DNA from: an uncultured Actinomycetes bacterium
Lineage (GTDB): Bacteria > Actinomycetota > Acidimicrobiia > Acidimicrobiales > AC-9
Direction: 5' to 3'
NCBI GenBank assembly: GCA_963731255.1
Contig: CAVSUO010000003.1
Location: 139,100-203,099 of the forward strand
DNA: 64,000 nt
Under the pieces are notes generated by a model. The model was given only the letters and a program-made list of their open reading frames with translations, made no database searches and was not told the origin of the DNA. The first letter of the stretch is position 1. Each line of letters opens with the position of its first letter. This document shows, in pieces, positions 60,002 to 64,000 of this stretch. The position numbers and the translations under genes were made by a program.

Positions 60002-60429
60002 GTGGCGAGAAGGCGTGTCGTCGCCGTCGTGAAGATCCAGCTGCCGGCCGGCCAGGCCACGCCCGCGCCTCCGGTCGGTACCGCCCTCGGTCCCCACGGG
60101 GTGCAGACCATGGAGTTCTGCAAGCAGTACAACGCCGCCACCGAGGGCCAGCGGGGCACGATCATGCCGGTCGAGATCACGATCTTCGAGGACCGGTCGT
60201 TCTCCTTCATCCTGAAGACGCCGCCCACACCGGTGCTGCTGCGCCAGGCGGCCGGCGTCGAGAAGGGCGCGCGACCACGGGCAAGGAGACCGTCGGGACC
60301 ATCACCGACGCCCAGCTGGCCGAGATCGCCCAGATCAAGATGCCCGACCTCAACGCCAACGACCTCGAGGCGGCCAAGCGCCAGATCGCCGGCACGGCCC
60401 GGTCGATGGGCATCAGCGTGGCCCGCTAG
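60002..60429 (+). CDS. rplK: 50S ribosomal protein L11, frame-broken near 60265
   Basis: [36 protein letters not shown]...[22 protein letters not shown], then [42 protein letters not shown] in another frame. Confidence 0.9.
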
Positions 60430-60450
60430 GCGCGGGAGGGAGACGCGATC

Positions 60451-61274
60451 GTGGGATCGAGAGGGAAGCGCTACGCCGACGCTGGGCAGGCGGTTCGACG
60501 CCCAGCGGCTGCACTCGCCGGCCGAGGCCGTCGACCTGGTCAAGAGCCTGGCCACGGCCGGGTTCGACGAGACCGTCGAGCTGGCCGTCCGTCTCGGGGT
60601 CGACCCCCGCCGGGCCGACCAGATCGTGCGGGGAACGCGTCAGCCTGCCGGCCGGCACGGGCAAGGCCGTGCGGGTGGCGGTCTTCGCCGCCGGCGACGC
60701 CGCCGCCGAGGCCCGGGAGGCCGGGGCCGACGTCGTCGGCGCCGCCGACCTGGTCGCGCGGGTGCAGAACGAGGGGTTCCTCGACTTCGACGTCGCCATC
60801 GCCACGCCCGACCTGATGGGCCAGGTGGGTCGGCTGGGCCGGGTGCTCGGCCCCCGGGGCCTCATGCCCAACCCCAAGGCCGGCACGGTCACCACCGACG
60901 TGGGCCGGGCGGTGGTCGAGTTCAAGGGCGGCCGGGTCGAGTACCGCACCGACAAGGTGGGCAACATCCACGTGCCCGATCGGCAAGGTCTCCTTCGACC
61001 GAACGCGGCTGCTGGAGAACATGCGGGCGGTCATCGAGGAGCTGCTGCGGGCCAAGCCGGCGGCGTCCAAGGGCCGCTACGTCCGGGCTCGGTGACCCTG
61101 TCCTCCACCATGGGGCCGGGCGTCCGGGTCGACCCCAACCGGCTCCGCATCACCGACGAGGAGCTGCGCCGCTACCGGCCGGACCGGCCTGGGAGCCGCA
61201 GGGCCCGTAGTAGCCTGATCCCACAACCGATCGCCGGTCGCCGCAGACATCCGGTGCGCCAGAGATGGCGCTGA
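60451..61274 (+). CDS. rplA: 50S ribosomal protein L1, four frame breaks (~60480, ~60645, ~60975, ~61084); 3' end uncertain
   Basis: GTG 60451 lies behind gggagggag. [91 protein letters not shown] and [14 protein letters not shown] occur in alternating frames. Confidence 0.85.
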
Positions 61275-61365
61275 AAGGGCTGAGGCCCGCCCGACGAGGT
61301 GAACCCTCGAGCATCCGAGGGCGTTCGTCCTGTAGGCCGCGATGGAGATGCTCGAGGAGGAAGCG

Positions 61366-61940
61366 ATGGAGAACCCGAGGGCCGAGAAGGTGGCGGTGGT
61401 CGACGAGGTGCGGACTCGCCTGTCCTCGTCCTCCGCCGCCATCCTGACCGAGTACCGCGGGCTCAAGGTCTCCGAGCTGGCCGAGCTGCGCCGCGCCCTG
61501 CGCCAGGCCGGCGGCGAGTACAAGATCTACAAGAACACCCTGGTGCGCTTCGCCGTGCGCGACCTCGGCCTCGACGAGCTGGAGCCGCTGGTCCAGGGAC
61601 CGACGGCCATCGCCTTCGTCGACGGTGACGCCGCCGCGGTGGCCAAGGCCCTGCGCGACTTCGCCCGCACCAACCCCCACCTGGTCGTCAAGGGCGGCCT
61701 CCTGGGCGAGAACGTCCTGTCGGCGGCCGACGCCGGCGCCCTGGCCGAGCTGCCCTCCCGGGAGGTACTGCTGGCCCAGCTCGCCGGCGGCCTGGCCGCC
61801 CCGCTCCAGCAGCTCGCCGGCCTCCTCCAGGCCCTCCCCCGGAACTTCGCCTACGGCCTGCGGGCGATCTCGACCAGCAGGGCGGCGCCGCCGGACGCTG
61901 GGCTGAGGAAGCGGCACCCGCCGACCGGCCCCCGTTCTGA
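61366..61940 (+). CDS. rplJ: 50S ribosomal protein L10; 3' end inferred via a frame change near 61868
   Basis: [45 protein letters not shown]...[12 protein letters not shown]...[12 protein letters not shown]. The ORF track reads on to 62289 (315 aa), which is too long for L10. An alternate frame gives ...LDQQGGAAG...ADRPPF-TGA at 61938-61940 (~191 aa). Confidence 0.7.
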
Positions 61941-61953
61941 CGAAACGGGGGCC
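61927..61953 (+). terminator. Perfect 10-bp stem-loop at the inferred end of rplJ (putative attenuator or processing hairpin)
   Basis: ggcccccgtt-ctgacga-aacgggggcc. The loop contains the alternate-frame TGA. No U-tract follows. Confidence 0.35.
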
Positions 61954-62246
61954 AGCAGCGATGCCGCTCCCTCCGCCCCTGCAGCCGAGGCGACGGAGCA
62001 GGAGGCGACAGGAGGCACCGACCCCCCCTGCTCCTACCAGCGAGCCCGAGGCGAGCGCACACGAGGAGCCGGCAGCCACATCAAGCCCGAGGGCTCGGGC
62101 GAGGCGACGGAGACGCCGACGGAGAGACGACCGAGAGCGCAGGGTGAGCCGGACGAGCGGATCGGCGGCGATTTCGAGACCGCCGCCGAGGCGCTCGGCC
62201 GGATCACCCACACGAGAACGAGCAGAAGAGAAGAAGGAGAACAGAA

Positions 62247-62635
62247 GTGGCCACCAAGGAAGAGATCCTCGACGGGATCGCCAACATGACCGTGCTCGAG
62301 CTGACCGAGCTCCTCAAGGAGTTCGAGGAGCGGTTCGGGGTCACGGCCGCGGCGCCCGTGGCCGTCGCTGCGCCGGCGCGGCCCGGCCGCCGGCGGCGGA
62401 GGCGGCGCCGGCCGAGGAGGAGAAGGACGAGTTCGACGTCGTCCTCACCTCGGCGGGCGACAAGAAGATCCAGGTCATCAAGGAGGTGCGGACCCTCACC
62501 AGCCTGGGTCTCAAGGAGGCCAAGGACCTGGTCGACGGTGCGCCCAAGCCGGTCCTGGAGAAGGTCTCCAAGGAGGACGCCGAGAAGGCCAAGGCCCAGC
62601 TCGAGGGGGCCGGCGCCGCCGTCGAGGTCAAGTAG
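62247..62635 (+). CDS. rplL: 50S ribosomal protein L7/L12, frame-broken near 62385 in the Ala-rich hinge
   Basis: GTG 62247 lies behind gaaggag. [32 protein letters not shown], then [73 protein letters not shown] in another frame. Confidence 0.9.
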
Positions 62636-62647
62636 CGGGCCGGCGGT

Positions 62648-62689
62648 GGGTCCCCGCCGCCCGGGAGGCGGGCCACCCGGCGGGGTCCC
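62648..62689 (+). terminator. Stem-loop after rplL (putative rplL-rpoB attenuator)
   Basis: Arms gggtccccgccg / cggcggggtccc (11 of 12 pairs), 18-nt loop, starting 13 nt after the TAG. No U-tract. Confidence 0.35.
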
Positions 62690-62912
62690 CTGCCCGGACC
62701 CGGCCGGTCCCTTGACCTGGACGGGGCCGGGCGCCCTAGCCTTCTCGCTGCGGCCCCCGCAGGGGTTGTATTTCCCTGCGCACCTGCATATGATGGAGGG
62801 TTGCCGTGCCCGCCCGTCACGTCCCTTCGGCTCTGAACCCTTGATGGGGCGCGCCCGTGCGCCCCTGTCCGTCGGCCACCGCGCCGAACTGCGCCTCAAA
62901 GAGGAGTAGGTC

Positions 62913-64000
62913 TTGCCCTCTCGTTCCATCGATCCCGGAGCGACGCTTCTCCTTCGCCAACCTCGACGAGGTACTGCCCCTGCCGGACCTGGTCGCCATC
63001 CAGCGGGACTCGTTCCGGTGGTTCCTCGACAAGGGTCTGGCGGAGACCTTCCGCGATATCAGCCCCATCGAGGACTTCACCGGCCAGCTCCGGCTGGAGC
63101 TCGAGTTCGATCCGACCGATCAGGATCTTCGCCCGCCTCCGAAGTTCTCGATGGAGGAGTGCAAAGAGAAGGACATGACCTACGCCGCGCCCATCTTCGT
63201 GCGGGCGCGGTTCATGAACGCCACCACCGGCGAGATCAAGGAGCAGACCGTCTTCATGGGGGACTTCCCGATGATGACGGACAAGGGCACCTTCATCGTC
63301 AACGGGACCGAGCGGGTCGTCGTCAGCCAGCTCGTGCGCTCTCCCGGGGTCATCTTCCAGCCGGGACGGGACGCCAAGACGATCGTCACCGGCACCATCC
63401 ACCCCTATCGCGGCGAGTGGATCGAGTTCGACGTGGAGGCCAAGCCCGGGCAAGGACATCACCGCCGGCACCAGGGTGGCCCGCAAGCGCCGGCTCTCGC
63501 TGTTCGTGCTCCTGCGGGCGCTGGGCTACGAGGACGAGGCGTTCCTCGGCCGCTTCGTCCGTCACTTCGACTTCCTCGAGGGCCAGTGGGAGAAGGAGCG
63601 TGAGATCGCGCCCGACCCGCGACGAGGCGCTGCTCGAGATCTACAAGCGGGCCCGTCCGGGCGAGCCGCCGTCGGTGGAGTCGGCCCGGGCCTATTTCGA
63701 GAACGCCTTCTTCAACCCGAAGCGCTCGGACCTGACCAGGGTCGGCCGCTACAAGCTCAACCGCAAGCTCGGTCCCGAGATCGAGCGCATCTCCGAGCTG
63801 CTCGACATCGATCTCGAGCGTCCGGCCGAGGGCCAGGGCGTGCTCAGCCCGAGCGAGATGCTGGCGGCGTCGACCTACATGCTCCACCTGGCCAACGGCG
63901 AGCCCGGCTACCGCCTCGACGACCAGGACCACTTCGCCAACCGCCGCATCCGCTCGGTGGGCGAGCTGATCCAGAACCAGGTCCGTGTGGGGCTGTCCCG
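62913..64000 (+). CDS. rpoB: DNA-directed RNA polymerase subunit beta, 5' part (runs off the window), three frame breaks (~62935, ~63449, ~63619)
   Basis: TTG 62913 lies 7 nt after aagaggag. [108 protein letters not shown]. Confidence 0.9.
   Translation, partial: MPSRSIDPGATLLLRQPRRGTAPAGPGRHPAGLVPVVPRQGSGGDLPRYQPHRGLHRPAPAGARVRSDRSGSSPASEVLDGGVQREGHDLRRAHLRAGAVHERHHRRDQGADRLHGGLPDDDGQGHLHRQRDRAGRRQPARALSRGHLPAGTGRQDDRHRHHPPLSRRVDRVRRGGQARARTSPPAPGWPASAGSRCSCSCGRWATRTRRSSAASSVTSTSSRASGRRSVRSRPTRDEALLEIYKRARPGEPPSVESARAYFENAFFNPKRSDLTRVGRYKLNRKLGPEIERISELLDIDLERPAEGQGVLSPSEMLAASTYMLHLANGEPGYRLDDQDHFANRRIRSVGELIQNQVRVGLS

Noticed and set aside
61342-62289. 315-aa ORF taken at face value as ribosomal protein L10.
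   Set aside because: The conserved L10 sequence ends around ...NFAYGLRA (~61865). The remaining ~140 codons are low-complexity and run into rplL. A frame change plus a TGA at 61938 gives a normal-length L10. The extension alternative is retained as a finding.
3001-64000. Calling the frame-broken genes pseudogenes (genome decay).
   Set aside because: The broken genes include rpoB, rplA, rplK, rplL, nusG, the whole nuo operon and heme biosynthesis. Protein sequence on both sides of every break is fully conserved, with no accumulated stops. Simultaneous loss is not viable, so error is far more likely.

Overview
This is a 64-kb, roughly 70% G+C, gene-dense chromosomal segment that I attribute to an actinobacterium. 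The attribution rests on mycothiol mshA, a Ni-superoxide dismutase pair (sodN/sodX) and mycobacterial-type synteny. Gene order from left to right: (1) three tandem PIG-V-like GT-C membrane glycosyltransferase paralogs, a large polytopic membrane protein and a divergent GDP-mannose 4,6-dehydratase; (2) a glucodextranase-like/esterase protein, a secreted beta-helix protein and an amidohydrolase; (3) a small regulatory cluster: an RsbW-like ATPase, two overlapping LuxR-type response regulators and a DksA/TraR-like protein; (4) housekeeping genes: alpha/beta hydrolase, DUF45 metallopeptidase, MaoC dehydratase, MoaD-like protein, sodN/sodX, mshA, ybjN, proC, an HTH protein, a DUF62 SAM hydrolase and fadD; (5) rex plus the heme cluster (sirC-like, hemA, hemC, cobA-hemD, hemB, hemL); (6) a geranylgeranyl reductase and the complete nuoA-N operon; (7) an LpxH-like/DUF2156 (MprF-like) membrane gene pair or fusion, a HAD phosphatase, htpX and yajQ; (8) tRNA-Tyr, RidA, a secreted G1 (eqolisin-type) glutamic peptidase, an MptB-like mannosyltransferase, a PAT-type acetyltransferase, then tRNA-Thr, tRNA-Met and rpmG; (9) an ECF sigma/ZAS anti-sigma pair, tRNA-Trp, secE, nusG, rplK, rplA, rplJ, rplL and the 5' part of rpoB. 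I saw no transposase, integrase, CRISPR array or rRNA. Main caveat: about 50 single-base frame breaks, mostly net +1, interrupt clearly essential genes (nuo, rpl, rpoB, hem, mshA, sodN). I read these as sequence or assembly error, not pseudogenes or recoding, so the coordinates of the affected CDSs span several frames. I found no clear-cut novel system. The loci most worth a second look are the triplicated GT-C cluster with an orphan gmd, the kinase-less regulator cluster with a degenerate receiver, the degenerate LpxH-like + DUF2156 gene(s), and the tRNA-bounded segment carrying a bacterial eqolisin. All family assignments come from motif recognition by eye; no searches were run.
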